Source: a virus
DNA: 64,000 nt
Strand: one strand, 5' to 3'
Virus record (IMG/VR): IMGVR_UViG_3300023184_004051
Span: 1 to 64,000 of that record
The notes below the pieces were generated by a model. That model was not told where the DNA came from and made no database searches. It saw only the letters and a list, made by a program, of their open reading frames with translations. The position numbers were made by a program, and so were the translations under genes. Shown in pieces: positions 1 through 9,574 of the stretch (its first letter is position 1; the number at the start of each line of letters is the position of its first letter).

Positions 1-376
1 CCACCCGCCCACCGAGTAGCCCCCCGTAGGCTTGCGCTGCCGACCTCTATCTGGTGTGTATTTATGCGAGCGTGCAGGCACACGGCCTCGATGCACCCCC
101 CCACCCTCCGAGTTTTGGAACGGCAAGCCAACGACAGGCCCCCCGCCGCTTGCCGGCCCTAATCCAAAACACGCACACGCCCCCCGCCCATAGGGAACGC
201 CCAACCCCCTAGCCCTGCTGCCCTACGCCCCAACATCGGCGCGCTCGCGAGCGGCACACGCCCCCCCCTATGCCAACGGGCATCGCCCGCCCATCGCATC
301 CCGCCATCGCTCGATACATCCTCGACACGCATCCAAAACTCACGCCCACGCACGGACAATGCACGACTTATGCACA

Positions 377-404
377 GGGGTAGGGGGGAGGGTAGGGGGG
401 AGGG
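377..404 (+). repeat. G-run tandem repeat, potential G-quadruplex
   Basis: GGGGTAGGGGGGAGGGTAGGGGGGAGGG: five runs of at least 3 G with 1-2 nt loops, inside a C-rich non-coding region (1-560). Confidence 0.6.
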
Positions 405-579
405 AGCAGACCGCCGCCGCCACCGACGACCCGCCGCCGCTCAGATATTTCAAGCGGTTTTAGTGAAATGGCTGGCTGGACACCACCCCACACATCTTTC
501 CAAAACTTTCATCCAACTAAACCCCCCTCTATCACCATCATCCCAACACACACTCCCCTACAGTCGCTAGGATTTCACT

Positions 580-1164
580 ATGGCCGACAACTTCCCCAAC
601 TGGTTTGAGCAAACCGCAAAAAATAACTTCACGATGTTCGCCCTTCTCCCTTTGGATGTCAGCAAACCACTGTCTTGTCTCCAAATCGGAACTTTCGCTG
701 GACACGCAAGCGAGTGGATGGCAAAGAACCTACTGAAAAACCCCGACAGTTTCCTTGACGATGTGGACACTTGGGAAGGCAGCGATGAGCCTGCACATCA
801 CCAGATGGACTTTGGAAGCGTCGAAACAGCATATGACGAGAGAATGTCCCGATGGCTGGCTACGGGGCAGGTACGCAAGCACAAGGGGTTCTCAGGTGAT
901 TTCTTTCGCACTTGCGACACCCAATACGACTTCATCTACATTGACGGCGACCACACCGCCGAGGGAGTGCTGAAAGATGCGGTTGATGCAGACCGGCATC
1001 TGAAGCCAAACGGCATTATGGCGTTTGATGATTACACTTGGTCACTTGGTCTTGACCCCTTGCTTGACCCAAAGCCTGCGATTGACGCATTTATGACGGT
1101 GTACGGCCTCCACTACGCAATGATGGCGGTGAATAACCAAGTCTGGCTTCGGAAAAAGCCGTAG
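580..1164 (+). CDS. Class I SAM-dependent methyltransferase (Methyltransf_24-like)
   Basis: LQIGTFAGHAS, VDTWEGS, YDFIYIDGDH and GIMAFDDY motifs; TAGGAT-N6-ATG leaderless start. Confidence 0.85.
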   Translation: MADNFPNWFEQTAKNNFTMFALLPLDVSKPLSCLQIGTFAGHASEWMAKNLLKNPDSFLDDVDTWEGSDEPAHHQMDFGSVETAYDERMSRWLATGQVRKHKGFSGDFFRTCDTQYDFIYIDGDHTAEGVLKDAVDADRHLKPNGIMAFDDYTWSLGLDPLLDPKPAIDAFMTVYGLHYAMMAVNNQVWLRKKP

Positions 1165-1207
1165 GCGATTTTTTTCCCAAAGGGGATTTCACCAACTAAA
1201 CCCCGCT

Positions 1208-2308
1208 CTAGGAGTTGATGGAAGCCCGAAGTTTTTTAGCGAAATCTTTGAGCATTTTTGCGTCGTGAGGCGTGGCCGCTTTCTTGGCTCCCTCGTGGAA
1301 CGCTGCAACGGCGGATTTCACATCATCCATCCCCAAGTGGCAGAAACCCATCCGCTCCAAAGGCAAGTGTTGGTAGGCGGGGTAGAAAACCGGCGCACCG
1401 TCAGTCGTCGGAACAGCACCGATGCAGGCTCGGTAGAAGGGCAGAGCCTTAGCAAAGGCTTGGGACTCGTAAAAGAGGTCGCCCATCAGCACCCACGCTT
1501 CGGCTCGGTCTGGGGCGTAGTGCATTGCCTGAAGGAGGAAGCCTGAAGCCTCCATCTCTTGCTTCAGACGAACGTGGCACTTGGATAGTGAAAGCAGAGC
1601 CTCGTAATACTCCCAAGTGAAGTGCTTCATCTGAAGGAAGTGGTGATATGCCTCGATTGCTTCCTCGTTGCGTTCCAAATCTCGGAGTTCGTTGGCGTAG
1701 TAGTAGGCGGTGCGGGTTGAGGTATCACCGTTATCCAAAAGGCGTTGCAGGATTTTGATGTTGCGGTCAGTGGCTTTTTGGTTGTAGCCGAAGGGGTCGT
1801 TGATGTAGCCATCAGCAAAGTACCAAGAAACGCCATTTTCGGTTCTGACAACTTCGTGAACAGCACCTTCCCATACCGGGTTGTCGTGGCGGTAGACGAG
1901 GCGGGGGACAGGGTAGTGAAATGTGACCCGACCCGTTTGCGGCTCGATGCAACGGTTCATTTCAGCCCAAATCATCGTTTCGTTTTGTGGCCGCTCGTTG
2001 ATGACATTGGTTGATTTGAGCCACTTCCACTTTTCACCACTTTCAGGGGTCACAATGTCCCCTGTGTCTAGCCACATAATCCAATCACCTGTTGCTTTGG
2101 AAAAGGCGAAGTTTCTGGCAGCAGCGAAGTCGTCAATCCACTCAAAGTCGTAAGTGATTGCCCCATAACTTTCAGCAACCTCTTTCGTCTTGTCCAGCGA
2201 GCCGGTGTCTACGACGATGATTTCGTCAATGAAGGACTTCACCCCTTTGAGGGTCTGCCCGATGATGGCTTCGTTGTCGCGGGCGATGATGCAAAGTGAC
2301 CACTTCAT
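1208..2308 (-). CDS. GT2 glycosyltransferase with C-terminal TPR repeats
   Basis: SLCIIARDNE, IIVVDTGSLDKT, DDFAAARN, WIMWLDTGD, WEGAVHE; TPR-like helices (YYYANEL, PDRAEAWVLMGDLFY). Confidence 0.9.
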   Translation of the reverse strand: MKWSLCIIARDNEAIIGQTLKGVKSFIDEIIVVDTGSLDKTKEVAESYGAITYDFEWIDDFAAARNFAFSKATGDWIMWLDTGDIVTPESGEKWKWLKSTNVINERPQNETMIWAEMNRCIEPQTGRVTFHYPVPRLVYRHDNPVWEGAVHEVVRTENGVSWYFADGYINDPFGYNQKATDRNIKILQRLLDNGDTSTRTAYYYANELRDLERNEEAIEAYHHFLQMKHFTWEYYEALLSLSKCHVRLKQEMEASGFLLQAMHYAPDRAEAWVLMGDLFYESQAFAKALPFYRACIGAVPTTDGAPVFYPAYQHLPLERMGFCHLGMDDVKSAVAAFHEGAKKAATPHDAKMLKDFAKKLRASINS

Positions 2309-2310
2309 AG

Positions 2311-3489
2311 TTATTCTCCAAACAGGGTAGGTTGAGTTGCTTCAGGGGTTTGTTCGTTTTGTGCGTTGCGCTCTTTTTCAGCCCACGCCACTCGTGCCTC
2401 AATAATCGGCCAATAGTCCTCGGTGAGTTCGCAGCCCACCCAGTCAAAGCCTTCCAAAACGGCAGCCACGGCGGTAGTTCCCGAACCGAGGAACGGGTCT
2501 AACACCACGCCATTTGGGGGGCAGACGAGGCGAACGAGGTAGCGCATTAGGGCGAGGGGCTTCACCGTCGGGTGGAAGTTCTGCTTTGGCGTTGCAGTCT
2601 CAGGGTCGTGTTCTTTGCCGCCAATTCCGTTGTTCATCGTAGGCGCAAACTGTGCTGGCAAACCCTCTAGCCCAGCATTACGTTCGGCCTTGCTTGCCTT
2701 GGCACAGTAGAAAAATCGAGCGGCGGAGCCTGAACCCATCTCTGTCCGTTCACCATTGTCCACCGCACCCCAGCCACCCTCGTAATGGCGACCAGTTGGC
2801 ACATTGGATTTCTTTGGAAATGCGCCGCCGTTGCTTGCTGGAAAACCTTCCAAAACTTCATCGGAACCATCGTGAATCACATTTGCGGGCCAGCGACCTT
2901 CAGCATTTGCAGGGCCACTTCGCTCTTTAGGTTTATCAGTGTAAGAAGATGCATTTGGGCGTTGATAACCTTTTGCCGTACTTGCAGAGTTGCGGATGTA
3001 TTCACCTTGCTCAATGGCAACTTCATCGCCAAGACCAACTCGTGAAGCGTCAATGTTCAGCGCACCAGTTCCCCACTCCAAGACATTGTTTGCAACTGTT
3101 CCGGTAAGGGGCTTACGAGCAACGACGATGGGTTCGTGAGCAGGTTTGAGAGCCGTTCCCCAGCCCGCCCACTCGTCTTTGAGGTTGAGCGACTTTGGGA
3201 AACCTGAGCCGTAGAGCCACATAATCTGGTCACGCACCTCAAAGCCAGCATCTTCGACAGCGCAGGCAAGGCGGTGATAAGTGCGACTTCCGCCGAAAGC
3301 GAGCAGGTGTCCGCCCGGCTTCAGAACTCGCAGACACTCGGCCCACAGTTCTACGGAGTAAGCGATGCCGGAGTTGTCCCACGACTTGCCCATAAAGCCA
3401 AGTTCGTATGGCGGGTCAGACACAACGCAGTCAATAGAGTTGTCTGCCAGCACTTTTAGTTGTTCTAAACAGTTTCCACGCAGTAGCAC
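2311..3489 (-). CDS. Site-specific DNA methyltransferase (N6-A/N4-C, beta class)
   Basis: DPPY catalytic motif near the N-terminus, HPTVKP, VLDPFLGSGTT. Confidence 0.93.
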   Translation of the reverse strand: MLLRGNCLEQLKVLADNSIDCVVSDPPYELGFMGKSWDNSGIAYSVELWAECLRVLKPGGHLLAFGGSRTYHRLACAVEDAGFEVRDQIMWLYGSGFPKSLNLKDEWAGWGTALKPAHEPIVVARKPLTGTVANNVLEWGTGALNIDASRVGLGDEVAIEQGEYIRNSASTAKGYQRPNASSYTDKPKERSGPANAEGRWPANVIHDGSDEVLEGFPASNGGAFPKKSNVPTGRHYEGGWGAVDNGERTEMGSGSAARFFYCAKASKAERNAGLEGLPAQFAPTMNNGIGGKEHDPETATPKQNFHPTVKPLALMRYLVRLVCPPNGVVLDPFLGSGTTAVAAVLEGFDWVGCELTEDYWPIIEARVAWAEKERNAQNEQTPEATQPTLFGE

Positions 3490-3546
3490 GAAGTCATACT
3501 AGTGAAATAAAACAACCCGTGATGGGCATCCTGTTAGGCTGTGCCG

Positions 3547-4284
3547 ATGCAGACGCAATCCTCGGTGCTACTTCTTGGTGATACTCACGGCGACCCTCAA
3601 TCTTTGGCTGACGCTTTTGCTCGCGCCTACGCCGAGAGGGTAGAAGCCATCATCCAACTTGGTGATTACGGTTTTGGATGGTCAGTTGGCGACGATGGAG
3701 TGTGCGACTACTCGTACTTGACGAACGAGATGGTGAAAAAGTCCGGTATTCCCTTCTATTTTGTTGACGGGAACCACGAGAACTTTGACCGCTTGTATGA
3801 GTTGCCGCTGAATGAGGCTGGACACCGGCCTGTTTTGGAAGGCGTGACCCATTTGCCACGAGGTTCGGTCATCAAGTTTGGTGAAACGACCTTTATGGCG
3901 TTCGGCGGGGCGTATTCGGTAGACAAACCCCACCGTGTTGAGGGCAAATCGTGGTGGAAAGATGAACTTGCGAGCCAAGAGGACATTGACCGAGCGTTAT
4001 CTGCTGGAAAAGCCGACATTTTGCTCACACACGATGCCCCGTGGGGAACCCAGACCGAAGGCGACTTCGTTTGGCTAGAAAAGACCTTTGACAACGATGC
4101 CGTAGTCCTGTCGCAGGCGAACCAGCAACTCATCAACCGAGTTTTGGAAAGTTGCGGAGCCAAAAAAGTCTTTCACGGTCACCTCCACCGGAACTACACA
4201 CGGACTATTTCGGGGACTGACATCGAAGCGACCTGTCTGAACAAGGAAACCTCCGAGGGAAGCATCATTATTCTCCCCGTGTAA
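3547..4284 (+). CDS. Calcineurin-like metallophosphoesterase
   Basis: GDTHG, LGDYG, DGNHE, THDAP, HGHLH. Start moved to ATG 3547 because TAGGCT lies 6 nt upstream. Confidence 0.9.
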   Translation: MQTQSSVLLLGDTHGDPQSLADAFARAYAERVEAIIQLGDYGFGWSVGDDGVCDYSYLTNEMVKKSGIPFYFVDGNHENFDRLYELPLNEAGHRPVLEGVTHLPRGSVIKFGETTFMAFGGAYSVDKPHRVEGKSWWKDELASQEDIDRALSAGKADILLTHDAPWGTQTEGDFVWLEKTFDNDAVVLSQANQQLINRVLESCGAKKVFHGHLHRNYTRTISGTDIEATCLNKETSEGSIIILPV

Positions 4285-4323
4285 TGCCCACATTCCACTA
4301 CACGGGTAAGTAGAGTGTCGTCT

Positions 4324-4476
4324 ATGACCACACCTCGTCAGCAAGTTGACAATGAGTTCTGGGTCTTGCGCTCGCTCCTTCGTGACCGCAAGGTTTTGGA
4401 CTTGGAACTTGACAAACACCTCGAACGGGTGCAAATCCTTATCCAATCTCTGCTGCGAAAGAACAACACTCCGTAA
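4324..4476 (+). CDS. Small hypothetical protein (50 aa; not in ORF track)
   Basis: MTTPRQQVDNEFWVLRSLLRDRK...; TAGAGT 7 nt upstream; fills the intergenic gap. Confidence 0.55.
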   Translation: MTTPRQQVDNEFWVLRSLLRDRKVLDLELDKHLERVQILIQSLLRKNNTP

Positions 4477-4499
4477 GGGGTGTAGTGAAAAGGACATCT

Positions 4500-4694
4500 A
4501 TGAACATCATCAAGGGCTTTTTGTCCCTCATCGCCATCATCGTGATTTTGGCTGTGCTGTTAGCGGCGACCATTGGGCCGGCAGTTGCCTATTTCGTATG
4601 GGGTTGGAAGGTTGCGCTTGGCTGGTTCTTTATCAGCACCGGACTTGGCGCGCTCATCCAAATCGGCAAGGCGCTCACCACCACTGATGAGTGA
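4500..4694 (+). CDS. Small membrane protein (2 TM)
   Basis: Two long hydrophobic stretches; AGGA RBS. Confidence 0.65.
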   Translation: MNIIKGFLSLIAIIVILAVLLAATIGPAVAYFVWGWKVALGWFFISTGLGALIQIGKALTTTDE

Positions 4695-5301
4695 CCTTTG
4701 GAAAGAAGTCAGTGAGTGTGCGAACTGCACAGATGAAATGCCCTGCGAGGTTCACCTCACGGCTCTCGCCAAAGACTTTATGCAAGCCGGAGTCACGCCA
4801 GAACGCCTAATGGATATGGCGCTAGGGATGGCTAGTGAAAGCCCCGACCCCTCGACCCAAAACGCTGCGTTCCTTGCGATGCCAAACGGCTCGCCGGTTT
4901 TGGAAACAGCGTCGGTCAACGCCTTTCCTCGTGGTGTAATCGCCCATCCGCAACGGTGGCAACGACCTGTCAAGTATGACTTCGTGGAACACGCCGAGCG
5001 CAACGCCATTTTCGCTGCCGCTCGACACGGCATCAGCACAGATGGCCTGACGATTGTGGCGGTTTGGGCTGCTTGCGCTGATTGCGCCAGAGCGATTATC
5101 CAAAGTGGCATCAAGCGGGTCATCCGCTATCACCACGAGAACGAGCCTGTTCATTGGCATCACACGAACTTGAACGCTCAGGCGATGTTTTCTGAGGCGG
5201 GCATTGAGGTGATTACCCTCGTTAGTGAGCATCCTCACGCCCCGCCACTTCTCTACAACGGCGAAAAATGGCTACCTAATCAGCCCGCTAAGGCCGACTA
5301 G
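4687..5301 (+). CDS. dCMP deaminase family protein
   Basis: SPDPSTQ, EHAERNAI, ACADCARAIIQSGIKRV zinc-deaminase motifs. Confidence 0.88.
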   Translation: MSDLWKEVSECANCTDEMPCEVHLTALAKDFMQAGVTPERLMDMALGMASESPDPSTQNAAFLAMPNGSPVLETASVNAFPRGVIAHPQRWQRPVKYDFVEHAERNAIFAAARHGISTDGLTIVAVWAACADCARAIIQSGIKRVIRYHHENEPVHWHHTNLNAQAMFSEAGIEVITLVSEHPHAPPLLYNGEKWLPNQPAKAD

Positions 5302-5356
5302 ATAGCCACTAATCACGCAAATAGTGTGAGGTTTTTATCGGCAAATAGCCGGAAAA

Positions 5357-5794
5357 TCACCACCAACTTGTGTAGTAGATTTCCAAACCATCTGCGATTT
5401 GCTTCCTTGCATTGGCGATGAACAGCAAGTCATCGGCTTTGTCCTCGGGGCCTGATTGCCCGAAAAAGAAGCCGGTTGTTTCCGGCAGTTCTTGTCGGTT
5501 CACCGCAGTTTCCAACTGTTCCAAATCGGTCAAAGTGATGCGAATGGGGTCGCAGTTGAACACCACAGTTCCGGCAAACCAACCTTCGGCTTCGGGTTGC
5601 GGAGGGTCGCCAGCAACCGTGCGCTTGGTCAGCCAAAGGTTCTCCATCCAACCCTGTAGGTCGGAGTGTTTGCGCCACTGAGCGATTTTGGTGACCTTGC
5701 TATCGTAATCTTGCTCGTGCGCTTCCCACCCCCACTCGAAGTCAGTGTTGTTGGCGTGGGGGCGAACAGCATAGGCGTATTGGTCTAAGCCCAT
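5357..5794 (-). CDS. Conserved phage hypothetical protein
   Basis: MGLDQY...WRKHSDLQGWM...TTGFFFG...YYTSWW pattern typical of a widespread phage family. Confidence 0.75.
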   Translation of the reverse strand: MGLDQYAYAVRPHANNTDFEWGWEAHEQDYDSKVTKIAQWRKHSDLQGWMENLWLTKRTVAGDPPQPEAEGWFAGTVVFNCDPIRITLTDLEQLETAVNRQELPETTGFFFGQSGPEDKADDLLFIANARKQIADGLEIYYTSWW

Positions 5795-6081
5795 CAGTCT
5801 TTCCTTTCCTCAAATGCGGAGCATCCGCAATCCTCGCAGGGGGCTTCAGCACCTACCGGCTCGTCAAGCCCGAACAGAAATGCAAAGTGCAATATCTCAT
5901 CGTGACCGCAAATGCACACGGGCATCTCCTTGTAGCCACCACGCAGGGTCAGCCCAAGAGTCGTCTTGCCTGACACCTCGCAGTAGACACGGATGATTTC
6001 CCACAGTTCACACGCTTCCTCGTGCGTGTCCACCATCATCGCAACGGTGTACTTATCGCTCGTTCGTTCCCAAAATCTCAT
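5794..6081 (-). CDS. Hypothetical protein with C-terminal CxCxH...CxxCxC zinc motif
   Basis: CICGH...H...CEDCGC; translationally coupled to its neighbours. Confidence 0.65.
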   Translation of the reverse strand: MRFWERTSDKYTVAMMVDTHEEACELWEIIRVYCEVSGKTTLGLTLRGGYKEMPVCICGHDEILHFAFLFGLDEPVGAEAPCEDCGCSAFEERKD

Positions 6082-6614
6082 CAGCCAACCATCCCTTGCT
6101 TCTTGTAGAACTTCAGTTGTCGGATACTGCTCTCAATGTCCTTCATCGCTCGGTGAGCAACCTTGCCCTTCTTGGCGTAGAGGTTGTCGTAGGCGACCTT
6201 GTTCCAACGCTTCACGCAAAGCCCCACGCTCGTCACATCAAGCGTCTGATGGCTAAACCGCTTCATCAGCGTCGGCATAAAGCGGGAGAGGAAGCGGACA
6301 TCAAAGTGGATGCTGTTCCCAGCAATGGTCGAGCGTGAGGTCAGCCCGTGCTTGTCCATCAGGGCGATGATTTCCTTCTCCACGACCTTCACCGTCTTGT
6401 CGGCGTTCTCTAGTTCAGCGAGAAGCCCTGACTCGCCGTGAGTGGTCTTGCACCACGCATCCATCTCACGCAGAGCCTTCTTGGAGGTCTTGATAACGGA
6501 GTTGTAGCGGTCAACAACTTTGAGGTTGTCGGTGGTGATGATGACGGCAACTTCCAACAACGCATCGTTGTCAAAGTCAAGCCCTGTTGTCTCGGTGTCA
6601 ATCCAAACAAGCAT
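6081..6614 (-). CDS. orn: Oligoribonuclease (DEDDh)
   Basis: LVWIDTETTGLD, MDAWCKTTHGESGL, GNSIHFD, LDVTS, HRAMKDIESSI. Confidence 0.9.
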   Translation of the reverse strand: MLVWIDTETTGLDFDNDALLEVAVIITTDNLKVVDRYNSVIKTSKKALREMDAWCKTTHGESGLLAELENADKTVKVVEKEIIALMDKHGLTSRSTIAGNSIHFDVRFLSRFMPTLMKRFSHQTLDVTSVGLCVKRWNKVAYDNLYAKKGKVAHRAMKDIESSIRQLKFYKKQGMVG

Positions 6615-6652
6615 CTTGTTCTCCCTTAGTCGCTACACCGTAGTATAGCGTG

Positions 6653-6940
6653 TCAAGCCTGTCCGTGTGCAATAAGTTCGTAATCGGCGTGTAGACCTTC
6701 ATCGGTCAGCCCACCAACCGGCTTCAGTTCAGCCCAATAGCCCTCGTGGTCAGACATAATCTCCCACGCCCCATAGACGGTGTACGCACCAAAGGCGACC
6801 TTCAGGTTGCCTTCTTCGGTGACCTTGTAAACCTCAACATCACCGTCGTACTCATCGTTGGTAGGCAACGCTTCACCCACATAATCAAGCGCAACCTCAT
6901 AGTTGAACGCTTCCTCTACTGCCTTCTTGTCAAGTTCCAT
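6653..6940 (-). CDS. Acidic hypothetical protein
   Basis: ATG at 6940 preceded by CCGACTAAGGAG. Confidence 0.7.
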   Translation of the reverse strand: MELDKKAVEEAFNYEVALDYVGEALPTNDEYDGDVEVYKVTEEGNLKVAFGAYTVYGAWEIMSDHEGYWAELKPVGGLTDEGLHADYELIAHGQA

Positions 6941-6968
6941 TTCGCTCTCCTTAGTCGGTATGGTCAAC

Positions 6969-7199
6969 TTACTTAGTGCGTGTGACATTCGCCGCAAACA
7001 GCCAGCCAGCCCCATTTCCTTCAGGGTCTTGGCTAGGGATAAGGCAAGAGCCGTCAGTAAAGATGATGACGAACCCTTCCTCCCCCTGCCAATACAAGTC
7101 CTTCAGTTCAGTATCGGTCAGGGGGCGGATTTTGGCGATGGTCTTGCCAACGAAGTCTCCAAACTCGTTGGCGATGTAGGTGGCAAAGTTGTTCGGCAT
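6969..7199 (-). CDS. Conserved phage hypothetical protein
   Basis: VGKTIAKIRPLT...PSQDPEGNGAGWLF motif. Confidence 0.7.
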   Translation of the reverse strand: MPNNFATYIANEFGDFVGKTIAKIRPLTDTELKDLYWQGEEGFVIIFTDGSCLIPSQDPEGNGAGWLFAANVTRTK

Positions 7200-7447
7200 T
7201 AGAAGTTCACCGCCCGAACCACAGGCTTTGGCGTAGTCCAAAAAGCGACATTCTTGGACTTGGGGTTGGAGAGGAACGCAACGGCAAGTGCTTCACCAGC
7301 GGCGATGGCATCCCATTCGGAGCGGAACGAGCCACCCTCCTTGAACACCTGACGGTTAGGTGCGATGACTTGGTATCGGAAACCGTTGCCACCCTTTCCC
7401 CAGATGCAGTTGAACTCCCAACCTTCGAGGTTGATTGCTTCGGTCAT
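7199..7447 (-). CDS. Hypothetical protein
   Basis: Preceded by CCGACTAAGGAA and a TTGCAC-N17-TATAGT promoter. Confidence 0.7.
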   Translation of the reverse strand: MTEAINLEGWEFNCIWGKGGNGFRYQVIAPNRQVFKEGGSFRSEWDAIAAGEALAVAFLSNPKSKNVAFWTTPKPVVRAVNF

Positions 7448-7493
7448 AACTTCACTTCCTTAGTCGGTGTAGTCGTTGTTGACTACAAGGTGA

Positions 7494-7522
7494 ACTATAG
7501 CAGGGTTGTGTGACAAGTGCAA
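7494..7522 (-). promoter_or_regulatory. SigA-type promoter
   Basis: TTGCAC-N17-TATAGT on the minus strand. Confidence 0.55.
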
Positions 7523-7580
7523 GTCAAGAAATAAAAGTGACCCTTGTGCGGTGACCCTAACCCTAGTAAGGTGTCGCCTT

Positions 7581-7814
7581 GTGACCGATGAGGATGACGA
7601 AAAACTTGTAGCCGATTGGCTACTCGCCCACTTCAGCAATGAGGACATTTTGATTGGCATTGACCAATACGCGAATGTCCTTCTTGGGATGACAGGCGAA
7701 GCCTTCATTGCGATGGTGAAGCGAGGCGACAAAGTGAGTCACCTCCACTTCCGAGCGCAAGCCGTTGCCGACCTCGTGCCACTACTTGACAGGGAGGAAG
7801 CCAGCGATGGTTGA
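7581..7814 (+). CDS. Hypothetical protein
   Basis: GTG start downstream of TAAGGT; overlaps the next gene. Confidence 0.55.
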   Translation: MTDEDDEKLVADWLLAHFSNEDILIGIDQYANVLLGMTGEAFIAMVKRGDKVSHLHFRAQAVADLVPLLDREEASDG

Positions 7815-8073
7815 CAAGCAATGGCAAAAGTTTGAGCGGGCTGAACGACGCAAGAGAAAGCGTGAGGCTTGGAAAGCCAAACCGACGAGCGACAAAGCCG
7901 CAATCATCTGGCTCTATTCCATTTTTGGATTTCTTGCCTTCATCGTAATCACCGGATTACTCGGCGTAATGGTCGCCTGTAATCTTTCCGATTTCCGACA
8001 CGCTTGGCCGGTGGATGTTGCGGCATTGCTCGTAGCCGTGTCGCTCGCCGCTGCTCAAAAGTTGAGTGACTGA
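7807..8073 (+). CDS. Membrane protein (2 TM)
   Basis: GGAGG RBS; basic N-terminus followed by two hydrophobic helices. Confidence 0.65.
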   Translation: MVDKQWQKFERAERRKRKREAWKAKPTSDKAAIIWLYSIFGFLAFIVITGLLGVMVACNLSDFRHAWPVDVAALLVAVSLAAAQKLSD

Positions 8074-8249
8074 TGCCAGACATTCCAAAACGGAGCGAAA
8101 TCACCATTGACTTTTCGGGTGAGGAACTTATCCAAATCGGTCAGGCTTGCGTAGCAATGAACTGCACCTTTGGTGAGTTTATTGACAAAGCAATCCGAAA
8201 CTTAGTAGAGAACAGCACGAAAGAGAGTGGCAATGGGCATCTTGCTTGA
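8073..8249 (+). CDS. Small protein, possibly ribbon-helix-helix-like (not in ORF track)
   Basis: MPDIPKRSEITIDFSGEELIQIGQACVAMNCTFGEFIDKAIRNLV; TGATG coupling. Confidence 0.55.
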   Translation: MPDIPKRSEITIDFSGEELIQIGQACVAMNCTFGEFIDKAIRNLVENSTKESGNGHLA

Positions 8250-8814
8250 CATCATTTTTGGCATCATCAGCATCAACATTCTTTGGATTGGGATGTTTGT
8301 TGTCGCCCATTGGTATTACAAAATCAAAGCCCGTCGAGCAGGCAAAAAAATCCAAAACAGCACAGCGCCAGAGCCGACGGTTAGCGAGCCGTCAAGCGAA
8401 CCTGACACGGGCATCAGCACCTACCTGTTGGCGATTGAGAACTACGGGGCATCCATCATCCGCTTAGGCGAGGATGGATGGGTCACGGCTCAGACCTACT
8501 TGGGCGATGCTGAAAACGAAGTCGAGGCGGAAGTCCTCGCAAAGCAAGCCGGTTGGCGTGTTGAAGGAGATTGGTCTGCTGAAGCCGACATCAACACGGT
8601 TTCTGTCGTTCCAAAACTCGCCGCCGCTTCGTTCGTGGCCTCTAGTGAAATCGAGCCGGAGAAGGCGCTCTTTATGGCGAAACTCGCCGGAATGACCGAA
8701 GTTGTCTCGGTGGTGAAGCAAGAAGTCCTTGCCGATGACGGCAAAGTGGTCGTCTACTTCTCTGTGGGCATCCCGCAGGGATGGGTGGATAGTGAAATCG
8801 TTGCGTGGGCCTGA
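8227..8814 (+). CDS. Membrane-anchored hypothetical protein
   Basis: N-terminal TM helix followed by an acidic domain. Confidence 0.7.
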   Translation: MAMGILLDIIFGIISINILWIGMFVVAHWYYKIKARRAGKKIQNSTAPEPTVSEPSSEPDTGISTYLLAIENYGASIIRLGEDGWVTAQTYLGDAENEVEAEVLAKQAGWRVEGDWSAEADINTVSVVPKLAAASFVASSEIEPEKALFMAKLAGMTEVVSVVKQEVLADDGKVVVYFSVGIPQGWVDSEIVAWA

Positions 8815-8833
8815 AATGGAGTAGGGTGAAGCC

Positions 8834-9187
8834 GTGATTACGCCGACTTCGCTCCTGCAACGCATCGTCGCCAAAGCGCGCCGACAACATTTCACTACGG
8901 TTGCCGTGTGGCTGCCGAGCGAGCAGGATGAGTGGGATGAAATCCAAATGGAAGTCGCCACAGAAACAGCAATGCTCGCTGCGATTGACATTATTCGGTG
9001 GCAAGCCGATGCTTGGAACGACCTGATTTCAGCAGTTCAGAAAGTCGGGGTCGAGGTCGAAGTGAACGAGGAAGCGCATCAAGAACTTGACGAGATGATG
9101 GGTCGCCTCAGGGCGGCAATCAGCGTCGCCCAAGATGTGCTAGGGATTGACGAGAACTACTTGAAAGGCATCAACAATGAGCGATGA
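8834..9187 (+). CDS. Hypothetical protein
   Basis: TAGGGT-N6-GTG leaderless start. Confidence 0.65.
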   Translation: MITPTSLLQRIVAKARRQHFTTVAVWLPSEQDEWDEIQMEVATETAMLAAIDIIRWQADAWNDLISAVQKVGVEVEVNEEAHQELDEMMGRLRAAISVAQDVLGIDENYLKGINNER

Positions 9188-9527
9188 GCAAATCACCACG
9201 CCAGAGGATGACGGCGTTCCAAATCCGTTTGACGACGGAGTGGTGGAAATCGCGGCGGTGCAGGCTGGCATCGAAGCCATCAAGAAAATCCACGCCATTG
9301 AGCGGGAGTTGCTGGCGAGGGCGGTTCAGGTCATCTGCGAGTTGACTTCCAACTCACCACAGGATGTCATCGCCAACCTGTCAAAGGGTTTGGATGGGGA
9401 ATACGACAAGGCAGTAGACACGGCTACGGCATCAGCAAAGGTCGCTCGGTTGTATGTTCCAAATCAGGGGCCTGATGGCAAGCCCACCCTGAAAATCACC
9501 AAGAACCTGCGTGGTCTGACGGACTAA
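9177..9527 (+). CDS. Hypothetical protein
   Basis: Coupled ORF; resembles 17132..17383. Confidence 0.65.
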   Translation: MSDEQITTPEDDGVPNPFDDGVVEIAAVQAGIEAIKKIHAIERELLARAVQVICELTSNSPQDVIANLSKGLDGEYDKAVDTATASAKVARLYVPNQGPDGKPTLKITKNLRGLTD

Positions 9528-9574
9528 TCACCACGACAGGGCTACCCGTTTGGGCAACCCTGTCGTAGCAACAT

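Noticed and set aside
159-570. ORFs 159-359 and 370-570
   Set aside because: Low-complexity translations of a C/G-run region with no RBS or recognisable motif.
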